Shown: positions 62,111 to 64,000 of the stretch, one piece after another | How the letters are laid out: the number at the start of each line of letters is the position of its first letter | How positions within the stretch are numbered: position 1 is the stretch's first letter | Assembly (NCBI GenBank): GCA_002365175.1 | Contig: DEZK01000007.1 | Span: 890-64,889 of the forward strand | DNA length: 64,000 nucleotides | Source: Candidatus Raskinella chloraquaticus | Lineage (GTDB): Bacteria > Pseudomonadota > Alphaproteobacteria > Rhizobiales > UBA4765 | Reading direction: 5' to 3' | Notes under the pieces: model-generated | The model's database searches: none | What the model was told of the DNA's origin: nothing | The model's input: only the letters and a program-made list of their open reading frames with translations | Translations under genes and position numbers: made by a program

Positions 62111-64000
62111 TCAATACCGGGTGACGAAGCGCTCCACGGCGGACGCCACCGCTTCGCTTGAGGCAAGCGCCAACGCATCCTCGGCCATGAGCTGGATTTC
62201 GGCGGACGAATAGGCTTTCAGCGCCTCCATGACATCGCCAAAAGCGGCCGGGCGCATCGACAGCGAGCGCACGCCAAGGCCAAACAGCAGCAGTGCTGAC
62301 TGGGGATCGCCGGCAAGCTCGCCACAGACGGAGAGCGGGCGTTGCGAGACGGCGGCCGCTTCCACCAGCAACTGGATCAAACGCAGGAGCGCCGGGCTCG
62401 GCATGAGATCGCGCCGGTGATGGCGGGCATGCCCGTCAGTGAACTGCGCCAGATCATTGGTGCCCAACGAGAAGAAATCGGCATGAGCGGCAAAGGCTTT
62501 GGCCATCAGCGCGGTCGCCGGCACTTCGACCATGATGCCCAGCGCGACAGGCCATAAATGGGGGATGTGATCGGCCTCCAGACGCTCATGGACGCGCACC
62601 AGCGCCGCCCGTGCCGCAATGACATCGGTGACTTCGCTTACTTTGGGCAGCAGCAGACGTAAATCAGCGCCGATAGCCGACTGGAGAAGGGCTGCGATCT
62701 GACGTTCAAAGATTGCGGGGTGCTCGCCCGCGGCAATCGCCTTGGCGAGAAAGGGCAGCGGCTTGTCGGGCGCCGCGTCAAAAGTACGGGCAATCACGGT
62801 ACGACCGGCGAAGATGTCGAATATCGGACGCAACGCTGCGATCTGCTCTGCTTCGCTCGGGACGTCGCTGCGCTCGAGGAAGGCCATTTCCGTTCGCAAC
62901 AGGCCAATGCCCAGCGCGCCAGCGGCAAAGGCAGCCTGCGCATCCTTGAGGCTGGCGACGTTGGCGAAGAGTTCGGCCAGTACGCCATCGCTGCTCTCGG
63001 CATAGCCATTGGTGGGCGGCGTCGGTTGCGCCTCGCTCTCGGGCATACGTCGCGATTGCAGACGATGAAGGGTTGTGGGATCGGGGTCGAAGACAAGTTC
63101 GCCGGTGGCGCCATCAAAGATCGCGGATGATGGCAGTTGCGACGGGATGACGCCTTCAGCCCCGCACACTGCGGGAATACCTGCGGATTTCAACAGGACG
63201 GCCGTATGCGAAGTGGTGGCCCCGCGACGGTCGATGACGCCGGCAATTCGCGAGGGATCAAGTTTCTGCGCCAGTGAGGGTGGCATATCGCTGGCGATCA
63301 GAATGGCCGGTTCGCCGTCGGGAATATCAATGCTGGCGCCGGCAAGAAGCTGGATCAGCACCATATCGACGGCTTCTCCCAGATCAGCCGCGTGCGCTCG
63401 TAACCCGACTTCCTCGAAGCGAGAATAGACGGCGATGGCGGCAGCGCCCATGCGCGCGAAGGCGTCTGCTGCGTTGCGCCCTTCCGAGCGAATAAGCAAC
63501 ATCGCCTGATCCACCAATGCCGGGTCCTGGAGGAAGACATCCTGAAGCGCCAGGCTGTCGGCGATATCATGGTGGGAGGCGCGGGTTGCGAGGTCCTGTC
63601 GGGCACTCGACACCGCCTCCAGCAGACGCTCCACTTCAACCTCGGCGTCCTGCGCCTTGTCGAGCGGAACCGGCGGCAGGACCCGTGACAGAACGATCAC
63701 CGGACCATAAGCGATACCAGCCGACATGGCGTGCGCACGCGCGTTCGACGGGCGCGGCAAGGCAGACGGAGGCGACGGGCTCCCCGTATTGATATTGTCG
63801 ATGAGGTTGACCAGCGAAGCGACAGCCCGCTCGGCATCGGGGCCGCGCGCGTCGATGCGCAGGCGATGCCCGCTTCGCGCCTGCAATTCACCAAGCGCAA
63901 TCAGGCTGCGGGCCGAAGCGGGACCGCGACCGGCCGTCGTGTCAAAGATCAATATTTCTGCATCGAAGGCAGCCGATACCAGGGCGATCTGCGCTGCTGG
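62111..64000 (-). CDS. PEP-protein phosphotransferase (Enzyme I) fused to an N-terminal HPr-like domain; 5' end outside window
   Basis: Contains ..RGATTSHTAVLLKSAGIPAV.. and ..FFSLGTNDLAQF.. The frame stays open from 63952 to 64000 (..PAAQIALVSAAFDAEI..), so the TTG at 63952 is not the true start. Confidence 0.85.
   Translation of the reverse strand, partial: PAAQIALVSAAFDAEILIFDTTAGRGPASARSLIALGELQARSGHRLRIDARGPDAERAVASLVNLIDNINTGSPSPPSALPRPSNARAHAMSAGIAYGPVIVLSRVLPPVPLDKAQDAEVEVERLLEAVSSARQDLATRASHHDIADSLALQDVFLQDPALVDQAMLLIRSEGRNAADAFARMGAAAIAVYSRFEEVGLRAHAADLGEAVDMVLIQLLAGASIDIPDGEPAILIASDMPPSLAQKLDPSRIAGVIDRRGATTSHTAVLLKSAGIPAVCGAEGVIPSQLPSSAIFDGATGELVFDPDPTTLHRLQSRRMPESEAQPTPPTNGYAESSDGVLAELFANVASLKDAQAAFAAGALGIGLLRTEMAFLERSDVPSEAEQIAALRPIFDIFAGRTVIARTFDAAPDKPLPFLAKAIAAGEHPAIFERQIAALLQSAIGADLRLLLPKVSEVTDVIAARAALVRVHERLEADHIPHLWPVALGIMVEVPATALMAKAFAAHADFFSLGTNDLAQFTDGHARHHRRDLMPSPALLRLIQLLVEAAAVSQRPLSVCGELAGDPQSALLLFGLGVRSLSMRPAAFGDVMEALKAYSSAEIQLMAEDALALASSEAVASAVERFVTRY

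Overview
High-GC alphaproteobacterial chromosome segment; the gene content looks Hyphomicrobiales/Rhizobiales-like. Positions 1-15483 (minus strand) hold a complete RcGTA-type gene transfer agent (GTA) head-tail cluster, g1 to g15, followed by a DUF2793/S74 tail-fibre gene that runs off the left edge. About 13 kb away lies an overlapping gene pair: a DnaA-domain-IV-like HTH protein and a DUF6456 protein. I read this pair as a split GafA (GafY/GafZ-like) GTA activator. Its upstream region shares an 11-mer with the palindrome-rich region upstream of the GTA cluster, and it sits next to a MucR/Ros gene. The rest is mostly housekeeping: ycgN, class A PBP, sufE, msrB, ptrB, sodB, panC, a BCAT-like aminotransferase, an M20 peptidase, TPP riboswitch plus thiC, asnB, corA, a HerA-like ATPase, the methylmalonyl-CoA mutase operon with meaB, asparaginase, cysQ, and an HPr-EI PTS protein that runs off the right edge. 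Two compositional anomalies stand out. The first is a strongly AT-rich single-gene insertion between thiC and a glcG-like gene (44.9-47.1 kb), encoding a 690-aa membrane protein that looks like an expanded DUF3422 relative. The second is a lower-GC GIY-YIG nuclease gene sitting between mcmA and meaB, with an ATGA start/stop overlap. I saw no rRNA, tRNA, CRISPR array, integrase or transposase by eye. All family assignments rest on my reading of the translations and on recalled family signatures, not on database searches. GC statements are by-eye estimates.
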